Source: Chiloscyllium plagiosum (taxonomy: Eukaryota). From it: 64,000 bases of DNA. Below are positions 34,380 to 49,770 of this stretch, one piece after another. Numbering within the stretch: the first letter of the stretch is position 1; every line of letters begins with the position of its first letter. The notes beneath the pieces were generated by a model. It saw only the letters and a list, made by a program, of their open reading frames with translations. It did not search any database and was not told where the DNA came from. The translations under genes were made by a program, and so were the position numbers. The stretch is from positions 52,066,228 to 52,130,227 of the forward strand of contig NC_057733.1 of the NCBI RefSeq assembly GCF_004010195.1. The letters run 5' to 3'.

Positions 34380-36010
34380 ACCTGCACACTGGTTCTTGAA
34401 GTATATGTCCAGTTTCCTTTTGAAAATTTTTATGAAATCTGATTCCATTATCCTGTCATGCATTCCGGGCCATTAAACCTTCAAATCGTTTCTTATTTCT
34501 CCTTTAATTCTTTGTTTTAAATCTGTGACACTGATTGCCATCCAACTTGCCAAAGGAAAGTTTATTGCTGTTTATTCTGTCAAAATGCCTCAATTTTGAG
34601 TATCTGTGTTGGGTCTCTTTAACCTCGTTTGCTCTGACCAATCCCAGTTTCTCTAATCTCCCACATCTGTGTTCCTAGTAAATCTCACACATTCAAGTGC
34701 TTCCCAGAATTCTATCAAATACTCAATAAAGGGAAAATTAGTGATTTATAAAGTGTGTATCTTATGTTCTTATATTTAGAACCCTTATTTGCAAGGCTAG
34801 TTGTCTGGTTAGATTTTGAAAATATCTTCCAGCTTGCCCAGCCACCTTTTAAAGATTTGTACGACCCCCAGCAAAAGTGTTGTTTAGAACATGCTTCTTG
34901 GATTTTTCCAAAGTATATTACTTTTATGGTTCAAATTATATTTGACATCAGTGCATGTTTCAAGTATATCTGCCCTCCAGAGGTCTGTGACTGCTCTTGT
35001 GCAAATTTCAAAATTGTTCTGTCTTGCCAAAGAGAGATCATTGTTTTCTTTTTATTATAAACATATAAAAATACACATCCTAACTCAGATCCCTGGAAAG
35101 TATATGCAATATATTGTTCTACAGGATGTAAGCAGGAAAATCTTGACAAAACTATTAATGGCTAACAAGAAAAGTGGTGGAAGGGTGAACAAGTATTTTG
35201 TGTCTTGATTGTAAAATAGTTGGGAAAACTTTCCAAAGACTCTTGAAAACCAATGTGAAAAGCAGAGAGGAACTTAAAACTATCGCCAACACCAGGGAAC
35301 AGGTACTTGGAAAGCTGTTAGACCTAAAGGCGGACTAGTTCACATAATTTGATCTATATACTAGGGTCTTAAAAAAAAATAGTCCTGAAGGTAATAGATA
35401 TACTGGTTATGATTTCCTGAATTCTGGGAAAAGTCCCAACAATTTAGGAGATAGCAAATATGACACCTTTTATTCAAAAAGAGGGAAACAGAAAACAGTG
35501 AAGTATAGGCTAGTTAGCCTAGCATCTGTATTGGGGAACTTGCTAGAATACATTATTCAGGAGGTTAAAACAATACTTAGGAATTTTCTGTGGAATCAGG
35601 CAGGGTTAAAATGGTTTTTTTGAAAAGGAAATTATGTTTTAAGTAATTTATTCGTACTTTGAGAACGTAATAACAGATGTGGTGGATTAAGCAAACCTGT
35701 CCGTTATGTACTTGGATTTCCAGAAGATGTTTGATAAAATGTTGCACAAATTAAGAGCTCTGTGGAGGAGTCAACATAGCAGCATGGATTGTTTAGCTAA
35801 TTTGAAAAAAAAAAAGGATAAATAAGTCTTTTTCTTGGGTTTGCATGCTGTAATTGTGTCTCTGGGATCAGTGATGGGACCTGAATTATTTGCAGTCTGT
35901 TTTGAATTAAGAAAAATATGTTAGCTAAATTTGCTTTATGATACTAATATCTAAAAATGAGGACAGAGGACATAAGAGGAACCTAAGTCTGCAAATGGAT
36001 GCAGATAGGT
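34380..36010. mobile_element. Very old CR1 remnants (minus strand to ~35110, plus strand beyond)
   Basis: Degenerate motifs TACTTGGATTTCCAGAAGATGTTTGATAAA (YLDFQKMFDK) and AAGTATAGGCTAGTTAGCCTAGCATCTG (YRLVSLAS). Confidence 0.6.
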
Positions 36011-37524
36011 TATGTGGGCTGAAATTTGATAATGGGAGTAAAAACTTTTCCTAGCTCCCTATTCTGAAATATCAGATACTCAAGTGTGAAGGTTTAAACA
36101 TTGGTCACCGTCTAACCACATCTCCATAATGGTTATCGTTTTTTAATTTGTAATTAATCTATTTTAAGAATGTTGTCTGTTCAGATATAGTCATCAATAT
36201 GCACTTTACCTTTTTTTGCAAATTCTGGCCTCATCTACATTGCAGTTTTGCATTAATATGTTCTGTCTGTTCCAGCCACACCCAATTTAGCTAGCACTGT
36301 TTGGCTTGTTTAACAAGGCTATTTAATTAACTGAAAGTTCTGTGTCAGCGCTGAGCCTTTGTCTTAAATTTTAGCTTGAGAACAAACTTAGCAATTACAT
36401 GAAACACATTTTGAGGTACTGTAGCTATCTGCATCTCTCTCGAGTGTAGTCTTCTCTGCTTGTCTTTTTGCACCTCATTTGAACAGAATATAACTGAATT
36501 AGAAGCAGTTCAGAGATGGATCCCTTGGCTCATATGAGATGAAGGCTTCACCTTATTAAGAAATGGTGAGCAGGTTAAACCTTTTAATCATTGAATTTTG
36601 GGAGAATGGAATTGATCTTACTAAAGCTTAAGGTCCTGAGGAGACCTGGGATGCATATTTCCAAATTTGGAGGAGACAGTTTAAGATTAAGAAGTCTTCC
36701 TTTTAAGATGGTTTTTTTTTTTCCCCCCTCAGTGCCATCAGTCCATCGATTCCCTTCTCCACAAAGTAGAGGGGAATGACTTGGATTTTCATCTTAATAA
36801 CTCAGCCATTCCTTCAGTTATCATTTTACGTTTTATATTAATTAAATAATTTTACATTTTCTTATGGGTACCTGTTAATCATCATCTCCCTTTTTCCTTT
36901 CCATCAATCTTAATATAAGCTGGCTAAACACTCCGGACTCCAGTCTGTCTTCTAACCTAACTGCTGGCGCGGTGGGTTAATAATTGGGACACTCAGTGAA
37001 TAAACAATCTCTCATTGCCTTCTGTTGTGTTCCAAATATTCTATCCAAAATGAACATCATTACAGTTAAAGATTGATTGGGGTGATATGACCTGAACAAG
37101 TCAGTTCGCTGGCTGGGGTAAAGTATATTGCTTTTAAAAGTTAACTTCGCTCAAACAGAACTGAAGCAAAGATTGCAGACTCAACATGTTTCATTAATAG
37201 CAAGTTAATATCAGTTGGATCTGAAAGGAATTTTTTTTTATACATGGCCTGCCCTACTTATGAAGAGAATGTGATGTCACCTTAATGTTTGCTATCCATT
37301 TCTCTGAAGAAAAGCTTGTGCTAAATACTGGAAGTCATCTGGTCTTGAAACTAGCCCAGCATGGCAAGCACCATCCAGAGAGAAGATTCACATGATTTTT
37401 AAAGACTGCTAAACTTTAAATGTAAGATAATGTTTTGTATGTGCAAGTTTGCTTGTGCTAATTTCCAATGAACATGCAAAATTTTTCTCTCAGACCTTGA
37501 GACTAATGATTTCAAAAGGACCAG

Positions 37525-37825
37525 GTCATAGAATCCCAACAGTGTGGCAGCAGGCCATTTGGCATATCCGGTCCATACTGATCCTCTGAAGAGCATGCCA
37601 CCCAACCCCCCATATTTCCCACAAGTAATCCACCAGCCTGCACATTCTGGGGCACTATGGACAATTTTAGTATAGCCAGTCCACCTAACCTGCATATCTT
37701 TGGACTGTGGCAGGAAACCCACGCAGGCACAGGGAGAATGTGCAAGCTCCACACACAGTCATCCCTAGCTGGAATTGAACTCTGGATCCTGGCACCGTGA
37801 GGCAACAGTGCCAGCCACCCACATG
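37525..37825 (-). mobile_element. HE1/V-SINE
   Basis: Head, V-domain and tail homologous to 15545-15850. Confidence 0.85.
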
Positions 37826-40800
37826 TCTTTGTAGATTGAAATAGTGACCCCAAAAGTTTGAAACCTTTATTGTAATGGCAAACTTCAAGCTTCTGACTAA
37901 CTTAATTTCTATTTAGATTTCAGAACTGCATTTCTTCTAATCCTTTCCAAAAAGTCAACTGATTTCATGTTGTTAAAGAAGCTGTGAAGCAGAGATGGGC
38001 TACACAATATTGCTAAGTTGGTGAAGGGGATTGGAACTTGTAGTTTGAGTGGCTACGAGTGGGTTAGAATTATTAGTTGGGACTGAGATGCAATAACGAA
38101 TTCTGCTTTATTTGTTTTGCAGCCTTAAGTTGTGTGAATGTTTTATCTTGCAGCATAATGTTCCTATGCAGCACAGGACAAATGAATAAACGTAATGGTT
38201 TCTATCATTATTTAAGTGCAAGGTTTCACTTTTGATGCAGTTATCTGTCTAGCATTAGAACAAGTATATTAAAGGGAGAAATTCCTTTATTGCATGGCTT
38301 CAAGGCATAAAATATCTCCTTAATAAAAAAAAATTACCTGCCTAATTTCTGAAGTATGCCACAAACTGGGATTTGCAGGATCCATTAATTCATTTAGTGC
38401 CCTTATGCTAGTGTTTTCTGCATTAAGTTTTGGACAATTGAGTATATTTAATTTCATTTGATTAGTGTAGTTTATGTCTAAGTATATTTATTTCATTTTC
38501 CTTATATTCCATTTGGCACTTCACCATGGTGAAAGCCAGTGGTAAAATGCTAAGTCAGCACTGAATGGAAAATGTCACCCTCTAATTTGCAATGTTGCAA
38601 ACTTTTTTTTAAGTTATCAGTGATTTCCATTCAGATGAATGGGTTCTCAAATGTTCAGCTTATATTAATATGGAAGTTCCCTGCACCCGAAACTGAGATT
38701 TTTCTTCAACATAATTTTTGTTTCAGTTAACTATAACAGCAGCGTTCCGTCACTTGCTTTTTAACGTGTAGGAAAGGAAATGCCAAGAGCTCTGGCAGTA
38801 CAGGTTAGTTTAATCTGTAAGTATCCGTTGTCTCTAAACAGTGTGAATATTAGTGGTGGAAGTTTCCTTCGAAAAGCACATTCAGAACTAATGTCTAATC
38901 ACTTTTTTATATAAAAAAAAATTAGTGATCGACAGTAAAACCTTTATTGAGTGGTCATGTATACGGCTGCAACACAACACTTTCTGCTATAAGTGGTTCT
39001 GTAAGAATCTGAAAAGAACAGACCTTTGTGCTGAATGCTTATTTTTATGGCTATTTATCTGAATTTTGGTTGATTTCTAAATCTATTACACCAAATATAA
39101 TAAAGGATCGCATCAGACATTAGCTAAAATTGAAGTCTTGTTGGGTAAATACTCTAGGGAGGGCACTGACTAAAGAAGTCCCAAACTTACTTGTTCATCT
39201 ACTGAGTTTATTGAGCAGATTTTTCCAGGAAGTCTTTGGTCTTCAGACCTACATAGGATCTGTCTCAATTGCAATGATTTCCACACTCAATAGTCAATTG
39301 TCTAACCTCATAGGAGGAATGAATACTAGTGCTCAAGAAACTGTACCCTGTAAGAGTTGGTACCTTCCTGGAAGAAGGGAGCAAATGAGAAAAATTGAGA
39401 TAAACTATAATTGATGAATATATTACTTTTTATCCAACCCACCCCCAGCCCACATGCAGCATCGTGAAGACCAATCCACTATTATGTCTCGGCAACGCAC
39501 CCATCTACTGCATTTCTTTACGGTTTTTGTTCAGTTGTTGGAAATGTGTGAATGGTTTTGTGCGGGCCTTTATTCAATTAATGAAGCTGGTGACAAGAAA
39601 TCCTTAAGTAGGGCACCTATGTTGCAATATCATAATAAAACTGACTGGAGCACTACTGTCTCAGCATATTCCTGGAAATGGTACAACTCAAGTTGCAGAA
39701 ATTCTAACCCTTATCATCATGTATGGTCACTAGCTGTATCTAAACCGAGCAGCAATTCTGGTGATTACCCAAGAAGTGTTTTGAGAATGGTGTCTTGGCA
39801 ATATGCATTAAATTAGTGACTCAAACTTGTTGGCTACTTTTAAGTTTCAAAACTTCTATCACCCTTTATTTGTTGCACAAACATTGTGTTAACTTCCAAG
39901 GGCAAAATGTTGTAGAATTATGATATGCTACATAAAATGCATTTTTATTTTAGCAGTCTACTAAGTCATCAGGATATGAAGTGTGAGAAACTGGAGGCAG
40001 TATCCTTTTCCTAATGAACACGTGTATACCCTCTATTTCCTTTTGACTTTTAAAAGCTTTCCTTTGTTCGTTTATCAAAGTGTGGTGTACTCCCAGAAAA
40101 TGGCAGGGGTGATCCATTTAAATGAAAATTTAGGCTATATTTGTACAGCCTTTTTAAAGTGTAACATTTAATATAGGTTTTACTGTCGGCAAAATAGAAC
40201 TGTACCAATTGCATCCAGTTGACACAATCTGCATTTTTTATAACTGACTTTAATTTTATCAAGTAATGTACTGATTTGTCAATTTTGATAAATTCTAGGA
40301 ATTCTTTGGATTAAAGGTCTCAGTATATCCAAAGTTAAATTGGATGTACTAATACAATACCACCATGTCACAATAACAAATCTGTATGCAACCAATTCAT
40401 TATTTGGGTATAACACGTGCAAATTTATTTTCTTTCCTCTAAGCTTGCTAGGAAGTCCTTTTTGTCTGATCAATGTACCTCTTTTATTGATATCTCAATT
40501 ATTGCGACAAGTGGTTGGGGGAAGGGGGTGTGTGAGGGAGAAGAATGCAAACACAACTGAATTGACATAACCCAGAAGAAAAGTTGTTCGAAATGAAGAA
40601 CCCATGCCTTCGTGACTATTTACGAAGTGTTTTGAGCAAGATCTCTTCAAGCAATGAATTCCTTCAAAGACCACATCAACGTTTGCCTATATCCAGGCCC
40701 TAATTAATATAGGTACATACTAGAGTAGTTTTCAGAAAATAGATAACATTAATTACATCCAGTGTTAAACAGAATCTAGGCTGTTCAATCATGATACTGT

Positions 40801-42424
40801 CTAGTTGTTTTTTCTGTTGTACTGGTCTGCTTAGTTCATTTACCAAACGTCTCCAGAACACTAAAATGTAATCAAAACCAATCAACATTATGTACGTGGT
40901 AACTCTTAACTGAATTTTGATGCTAATTTTAATTCATTGACTTAGTCTGGATGCCTTAATTGATGATGTAAAGTTTATAAATCACTTCCTCTTAGTTTGC
41001 CATAATATGTAACAAAATAGCAGAACCTTTAATTAGTGATCATTTGACTCCATCTCAGTTTGCACTTTGCCCACTTGGAACTGAAGTTGGGTACCATTTC
41101 CTCTTCTGCCCTAGCTCTGCATTAAGTATGGGCAAAGTAATTGTGTTGGGTAGTAGAGTTCTGATCAGAGCATAGCACAGATAAGAATTTAGAAGCTGGT
41201 TGCTTGGATCTGGCCTGTCTACTATGGGGACATCGTAGGCCTTTGCCAGCAGGTGCTCATTGTGACTTGATCAAAATCTGATGTTCATTGGGAGTCATAA
41301 GTGCACACCTATATCTGCCACTGCAGTGTATTGAAGTATTGAGACTACCTCGATTCAAGGTGGTAAGTAGCACTGCAACAGACTGTTGGTTGTAATCACT
41401 TTATAGCCAAATAAATTTTGTTTATAGATATTTTTATAACTTGCAACAAGCATCTGAAGATCCCCTTTTGAGAACACTGATACCATGAGTGTAGCTTTTA
41501 CTTAGCTATACACGAAGATTTCTTTTTGATGTCTGGGAGCCAATGAAGTATCTGACCTAAGAATTTCAAATTGATGTAGCATATGCAAGGTCCCTACCTT
41601 TAAGGGAAAATTAGCTGTACACTATGGAGTCTCAGGCTCCACATATAAAATTTAAAACAATATTAACATTATTGGGCATTTGCCTCAGTTGACAAAGTGG
41701 ATAAGGAGTATTCTGGTTTTGAATTTATAACTCTAGCATCTCACTTGGTTTAAAAAATAATTCCTTTTTAAACCTCCAGACAGAAACAGGACAACTCAGT
41801 ATCTAAACAAAGTGCCAGTATGACCAAGTTTACTTAAACAAGGGCCAGATGTCTGGGATCTGAAACTTCTGGTCACCCATAAACCTCAGTTTGAATACCC
41901 CTGTTAAGGAGCTCGGCTTATCTTAATGTCTGCATTTGCATTAATTCCTCCGATATTGCCAGAGTTTAGGTTTACATCTGTTGACTGTAGGTAAATAGGA
42001 GAAATAGACAAATCAGCTAGACATAGTTTGTTGCAAATATTAGATTTACAAGAAAAGTTAGTTTTTCTCTATCAGTTAATTGTTCAAACTTAAGGTTTGG
42101 AAAATGTTGCATATTTTAAATAAAGTTGATCTTTGTCTGGTGTTTCTTGTCCCAATGTTTCTTTACTTGAGATTGGGTTGTTTCTCAAACTTTCAATTCA
42201 AATTTCAGGGGCTGATTCAGAGCATATATTCTGAGGCCTCCGCCTTATACACAAACAGTCATGTCCAGTTACTTTGAATACTGTGCTCTATATTTGTTTT
42301 TAACAATCTTTGCAACCATCGGTATCTTTATTGTATTAACCATCCTAATTTTGTACAGTTTGTTTTATAGTTGTCACTTTCTTTCACTGTTTAATCACAT
42401 TTGTGTTGGAAGATCTTAATCTAT

Positions 42425-44060
42425 AGAATGTTACAACGCAGTATGAGCCCTTTGGCCCTCTTGCACCGACCTGTGAAATTAATCTGATACCCATCTAATC
42501 TACACCATTCCATTATTATCCATATGTATGTCCAATGCCCATTTAAATGCCCTTAACATCAGCGAGTCTACTACTGCTGCTGCAGGCAGGCCATTCCACG
42601 CCCCTACTACTTTGAGTAAAGAAACTACCCCGATATCTGTCCTAAATCGATCAACCCTCAATTTAAAGCTACGTCCCTTTGTGTTAGCCTTCACCATCCG
42701 AGGAGAGAGGCTCTCACTGTCCCTCTGATTTTCTTACATGTCTCGATTAAGTCACCTCTCAATCTTCTCTCCAATGAGAACAGCCTCTGTTCCCTCAGTC
42801 TTTCCTCTGAAGACCTTCCTTCCATACCAGGCAACATCCTAATAAATCTCCTCTGAACCCTTTCCAAAGCTTCCACTCCTTCCTATAATGTGGTGACCAG
42901 ATTGTATGCAATACTCTAGGTGCAGCCTTACCAGTGTCTTGTACAACTGACGCATGACTTTGTGGCTCCGAAACTCAACTCAAATCTCCCTACCAATAAA
43001 CGCCAACACCGTATGCTTAACCCTATCAACCTGGGTGGCAACTTTTGGGGATTAATGCACCTGGACACTGAGATCTCTGTTTATCTACACTGCCAAGAAT
43101 TTTACCATTAGTCCAGTACTCTGCATTCCTGTTACTAATTCAAAAGTGAATCACCTCCCACTTCTCTGCATTAAACTTCAATTGCCACTTCTCAGCCTAG
43201 CTCTGTATCTTATCTTTGTCCCTCTGTAACCCACAATCCTTCGGTTGTATCCTTCAGCACTATCCACAACTCTGCATACCTTACTGTTATCCACAAATTT
43301 ACTAACCTGTCCTTTATATCCACATCCAGATCATTTATAAAAATGACAAACAGCATTAGCCCTAAAACAGATCCTTACGGCACACCACTGGTAACCGAGC
43401 TCCTGGTGAACATTTCCCATCAACCACTACCCTCTGTCTTACAGCTATCCAATTTCTGATCCAAACCGTTAAATCACCTTCAAACCAGAAACTCTTATTT
43501 TGTGCAATGGCCTATCGTGTGGAACCTTATCAAACGTCTTACTGATGTCCATATACACACTATTAATCATTTAGCCTTCATCCACCTGTTTTGTCACTTG
43601 CTTTAAGAAGTCTGTTAGGTAGGCACAACTTCACTTGCTCAAAACAGTGACTATCCCTAATCAAACTATTCCTTTCCAGATGATTATAAATCCTATCTCT
43701 CCATAACCTTTTCCAACATCTTACCCACAACCGAAGTAAGGCTCACTGGCCTATAATCACCAGGGTTGTCCCTATTCCCCTTCTTAAACAAGGAAACAGC
43801 ATTTGCTATCCTGCAGTCTTATGGCACGAATGTTGACAATGATTACACAAATATCAAAGCCAGAGGCTCTGCAGACTCATTCCTGGCTTCCCAGAGAATC
43901 CAAGGATAAATTCCATTCGGCCCAAGGGTCTTGCCTATTTTCAGATCTTTCAAAATTATTAAAACCTCCCCTTTGTCAACCACAATCCCTTCTAATCTAG
44001 TAGCAAATATCTCCGTATTCTCACTGACATTGGGAAAGGGCAATGTGAGTACTGACTATA
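42425..44060 (-). mobile_element. CR1 LINE, 5'-truncated
   Basis: ERVQRRFIRMLPGMEGRS and PNGIYPWILWEARNE; homologous to 5050-6690. Confidence 0.92.
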
Positions 44061-46974
44061 AGTGGCATCAATGTGCATGTGTGATGTCATACAAAATCAG
44101 TAGCACTATTCTCCAGAAATATTAGAAGGTGGGGGCTGTTTTAGGCTGAGTGGATCAAATGTTATAATAGCCATGGTTTGGGAACAATTCAGATGTTATT
44201 GATGTTAATGGCACATTGTACAATATTGACAAGAATTATATGTATCATAGATACAGCTTAGGTTATTCATCCCATTTTGCCTGTGCCAAAGTTATGAAAT
44301 AATACTTCAGCGTTAGTCCTTTGCACATAGTTTTTGTTTATAGCTTAGTTTTTTTTCCTCTTTTCAAGAATTTAAGGTCCCTTTGTAAAAGTTGATGCAT
44401 TTGCTTCCACATCTTTGGTGTTTCATTTGAGGTCAATTTTCATTTTTTAAAATCCTTATGTTGTTTCTGTCTGTTTTCACCAATCACCTTAAATTTCTAT
44501 TGTCTCGTTACTGACCTTTCTAGAAGACTATTTTGCCTTTTTTTTTTACTGACTTTTGAACACATTGATTCTCCTGTATTTTTGTTGTTAAGCAAAACAG
44601 CCCAGCTTCTCTTTCATATTGAAAACAAAGCTGGTTTAGGAATATCTGTGGAATATTTTGAGTCCAGTATGACTCCTATTTGGAACATTGCTAAAGACTG
44701 TCTTCCTCTAAAGATGATGGTATGCCTCTTTCACCAGCATCTGCAATTTTTTTAAATCCAAGCTTCTCCAAAAACCTGAAATCCCTGGTATAGTTGTAGA
44801 AAATACATGTTATATGTAATATTTTTACATACAATATTAGCACTCAATGCATTGGATTTTTAAAAACCTCAATTTCTTGAAGAGCAATGATTTCAGGAGC
44901 TATTGGCATTCTCTTACTTATCATTTTGAGGCCGATGTGAAGTAATATCACTTTCCATGTAGGTTGAATAAGCTTTTTTGTGTCTAGGCAGCCATCCTTT
45001 GGTATCTTCATTGACTATGTAAAACCAACTTCTGGGGATTTTTAAAAAATCTTGATCCACGCACCTTTTCAGTTACAACTTGGTTTTGCCAAAAAGAGGG
45101 TGTTGAGGCAAGTAAGTAACTGAATGTTGTAATGATCTATTTCTTGCAATAATTCATTTGGACTGACTGGAAAATTGAGACAGTGTGCAGTGAGTCCAAC
45201 CATCTCAATTTGATCTAAATTCAGCATTCAGGATAATTAAAACAAACCTGTGTGAATATTGTCTGACTCAATTGAAATTTGATTAATTACAATTAATGAC
45301 AGATTTAAAGTTTGCCAAATTCTGTTTCACTAAAATACATTTGATTGCATCTCTGAGCCTTGATGTCTAAAATAGTTGTGCAGGATTTTTAAAAATGAAA
45401 CAACTACCATGAAGCTAAGGGACCCCAAGACCCCTCAAGATTGAAGAGTAGCAGAAAAGTAAAGTAAGCAAAGAATAATCAGTGCCAGTAGCTGGCACTG
45501 GTTTAGATTTGTAAAGTATTACATAAAAGGATGATGGGTGGACAAAGTACAGAACTGAGTTCAGGGATGAAGACTGTGCAGGAGAATCATCAAACAAAAG
45601 TGAGGACAATTCTGAACTGAAGCTTTCATAACCAAAGATTATCTGTGTTAGAACAAATGGGTAGTCATGATCATTTGAGCAAATCCAATTTTACTAAGTA
45701 CTGTAAGCTAATATGCAATTTAACGTACTGGATCAGCTACTTTAAATCCGGGTGAGGCTCTAATGATATCCTGGTAGTGTCCCTTCCTCAGAGCCAAAGG
45801 ACTGGAGTTCAAGCTCCAGAGGTGTGTGTAATAAACCTGCTTTGAACAGGTTGATTTTTAAAAATACATAAATCAGCAAGCAGGCTTTTGAGGAGATTGC
45901 AACAGATCTGTCAATGCATTCCCTCAAGGAGAAAGGATTAGTTTTCATATCATTGGATGGAAAGGAAAAGGTAAAAATAATACATAAAACACTAGGTTCA
46001 GAATTCAGGGATCAGATTTAAAAAGAAAATTATAAAAACAATGAGAGCTTGAGTAAATATTGGTAAGTAAAATTGAGAAAACCCAAAGGTATGGTTCAAG
46101 AGCAAGACAAAGGGCGAAAAAGCCTGAGAAACCCAAGAATTTAATTGTACAGACTTGCTAGCCTGATTCTGTCGTCAATCCCATTTAATTCCTCAGCTGA
46201 CTTGTGCTTTGACAGTTGTACCTGCACAGCCCTTTTTTTGCCTGACTGGAGGCTATTCATGACCAATGCCTCAATGTCAGATCATTGTCTCAGAGTTGTG
46301 CTCTGTATTTTGTCCATTATGAACATTGTGATAGAAAGTGTTTCCTTTTCATTACTAAATATCCTCTAAAAATATAATAGTAATGCTCAGTCCAAATCAT
46401 TTACTTTTTGTGGTGTCATCAATGATTTAAACTGTAATCCAGCTCCATAATTAAGTTTGCATCCAGAGCAATTAACCACTTGCCCAAGTATTGAGATGAT
46501 GTACGATGCAAGTTGTAGGAAGATGTCAAAAGTAATTTTGATACAAGTGAATAGAATTTAGTATGAAAAGGTGTAGTACACATGATGACGTAACAAAAGG
46601 TTTAGGAGAAGTTTAATAAAAGCTTTCAGTTGAGGTTGACGGTGGTTATTGAGTTCATTTTATTACATGTACATTATCACAGTCAAAATAATTACTGCAG
46701 TGACAAATCTGCAGTAGCATTTGTGTCACTTTAGGCTTGTTTCCTCAGCTATAAAGTTGCTCCCAGTGTTATGGATTTACCCAGTCCCTTCTGTTCATAG
46801 TATTTTGACAACCCATTATCCATTTGTTTTCCTTTTCCACTCAAGGTGTCAAATCTTTGAAAAGTGAGAGCCATCTCCCTGTACACTTCGTCCATGGGAT
46901 TGATGCAAATCAAGCATAAGAATTTGCTCATTTCCTACTTGGTGTTGATGAAATTTGATGTAGGGTGGAAATGT

Positions 46975-49770
46975 ATAGGATAGGTTTAAAATGAGAAAGG
47001 AAATGTTTAAAGGAGATGTGCAAGGGAAGTTTTTTAAGAGCGTAGTAGGTGTTCGTAATGCACTACAGAGGTGGTGGTGGAAGCAGAAACCTTAGCAAAG
47101 TTTGAAGCGCTCAGATTATAGGTATAAACCAGAGAGGGGGATGTGGACCATGTTCTGGAAGATGGGATTAAAATAGCTTCATGGTGGACTGAAGACCATG
47201 TACCTGTGCTGTACTGTCCTAAGACCTGAGTGGAATAATTGTATTCAATTTTACATGCCACGGAGATAAGAATAGGCCATTTAGCCTTTTGAGCCTGTTC
47301 CACAGTTCAACAAGATCTTTCACCTCTACCATTTTTCCTGCACTACCTTGTGTTGCTTGATATCTTTAAGTACGTAGAAATCTATCTATCTCCAACTTGA
47401 ATGTGCTCAATAATTGACCCTCCTCATCTCTGAGAGAATTTCAAAGATTTACCATTCCAGATTGATGGAATTCTTCATCTCAATCTCTTATTGTAGGCTA
47501 TGGTTCTAGGTGCATGTGAGCCAAGCCAGGGCAGCATCCTTTAGTGTTTATAGTCAAAAAGTGTAGTACTGGGAAAGCACGGTCAGGCAGCATCCGAGGA
47601 GCAGGAGAGTTGACGTCTTGAGCATAAGCTCTTCTTCAGAAATGTGGCACTTTTTCACTATGATCTCCAGCATCTGCAGTCCTCACTGTCTCCTTTCTGT
47701 ATCTCCTCTATTGTGGTTACCCTTCACTGTTCCAAACTCACGTGCAGGCCCAAACTCTTCAATTTCTCCTTGTAGAACAAATTTACCATCTCAGCAGTCT
47801 GCTGAAATGTTCGTAAGTTTTCTCCTTGGGGAAGAAGACCATGTTGAACGTATCAAATTCTTAAGGTGGAGTGTGATGTCGGTTCTTCATTAAGATGGAC
47901 AGTGACATTCCTAAAACTGAGAAAAGTGATGGCTGGGCTCCTCGCTGAGATAATTGTATCATCGGTAGCCACAGGTGAGGTGATGGAAGACTGGAGGTGC
48001 CACTATTTAAGAAATGTGATAAGGAAAAGCCAGGGAGCTATAGATCAGTGAGCCTGACATAAGTGGTGGGCAAGTTGTTGGAGGGATCCTGAGTGACAGG
48101 ATTTACATATTAGCGATTTTTGAGAGGGACTTATATATTTGGAAAGGCAAGGACTAATTAGGGATAGAGTTGGTTTTTAAAAAAGGTGGTCCAGAGTCCG
48201 TGTGGTTTAATTAGGGATAGTCAGCATGACTTTGTGTTGGAAATCATGTCTCTAACTTTTTTGAAGAAGAAGTAATGAGAGGATTGATGAAGACAGCACT
48301 GCATGTGATCTAGATGGACTTCACTCAGGCTTTTGAAAAGGCTTTGCATGGTAGACTGCAAATTTATGAAATTCTAACCTAATTAGACAAGGTAGATGTC
48401 GGAGGGATATCTTGATTCCTGGAGAGTCCAGAAACAGGAGTCACTGTCTTAGGAAACGGGGTAGGTGTTTTAGGATAAAGGTGAGAACATTCTTCACCCA
48501 GAGAGGTGTGAGCCTGTGAATGATATGCCACAGGAAACTGTTGAGGCTGAAACATTGAAGACTTTCAAGAAGGTTGTAAATATAGTCTTTGGAATTAATG
48601 AGATCAAAGGATATGGGAATGGGGTACTGAGTGGGATGGTCAGCCATAATCATATTGAATAGTGGGGAAGGCTTGAAGGGCGGCATTTTATGAAGTTAAG
48701 TTTTCAGTAGGCTTCAACCAAGTGGTACACAGCAATTTGGGCTCATGGGATTGTGGTTGCTGTGGATGAGCTTGACACTTGGTTAATTAAACAATAGAAA
48801 TGGCCCATTTCAGGCTTTATATTGTAAATTGTGGAGTGGCACAAGGATTTAGACTTGGGCTTTTGATAGTTGCAGTTTGCAATACTGATCTTGATGAGGG
48901 AACCAAGGTAGTATATTCAAGTTTCTGATGATATGAAGTGAAGTTTAAAAAATGAACTTTGGGGAGGACAAAGGATACAGAGGTGGTAGATGGTGCAAGT
49001 GTGAAATTATCCAGTATTTTTAAAAGATGATACAGATGACTGTAGAGGTTTATAAAATCATGGGCATAGATAAGGTGAATGGTAGGTATCTTTTACTTTT
49101 GGGATATTTTGAGACTGGATGGCATGTTTTTTAAGGTCAGAGGAGGATTTTAAAGACATGGGGGCAATCTTTTAGTGGTTTGTGAAACAAACTTGCAGAG
49201 GAAATGGTGGATGTGGGTACAGTTAAATGTTTAAAGGCAATTGGATAAGTACATGAATAAGAAATGTTTGGAGGTACATCGGCCAAATCCAGGCAGGTGG
49301 GGTTAGTGTAGTTTGGGATTATGGTCAGCATGGACTTGTTGGACCAAAGGGACTGTTTCCGTGCTGTATGACTCTTGATATATAAAGTGACTGATTGATG
49401 TGATCTGGCTCAGGAACGGCAAGACTGGGTATTAGATATTCCTGAGTTCAAGATGTTCAAGAAAGGAGGAAGGTTAACAGTATAGTATTAGTTAAGGACA
49501 AAGAATGTCTGACGGTTGAAGAATAGAATCAGTTTGGCTAGAACTAAGGAACATAAAAGATTCAATTGAATTCTATTTGTAGTCTAAAGATGACCAACTA
49601 GTCGAAAGGAGGCAGGGGAACAGATAAGCAGGTAAATTAGAGATGTGAACATTATAGAATAGTTTTAATGGGAAACTTTAATTATGCAAACAAAGACTGA
49701 GAATCTTTTAGTGAATGACTGACTGGAATGAGGGGTGGTGGAGGCAAACAGTAACTGAACAATGGATTAC
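46975..49770. mobile_element. Patchwork of CR1 fragments (mostly plus strand)
   Basis: Multiple CR1 tails and ORF2 remnants, e.g. VMAGLLAEIIVSSVATGEVMEDWR at 47866-48051. Confidence 0.75.
47551..47696. mobile_element. Penelope-derived fold-back element (family A)
   Basis: GGTCAGGCAGCATCCGAGGAGCAGGAG arm and GATCTCCAGCATCTGCAGTCCTCAC terminus; TAGTCAAAAAGTG / CACTTTTTCACTA inverted. Confidence 0.7.

Noticed and set aside
39130-40700. ORFs of 60-120 aa and exon-like segments in the intergenic region
   Set aside because: No recognisable homology and no consistent splice-phase chain; other frames have frequent stops.
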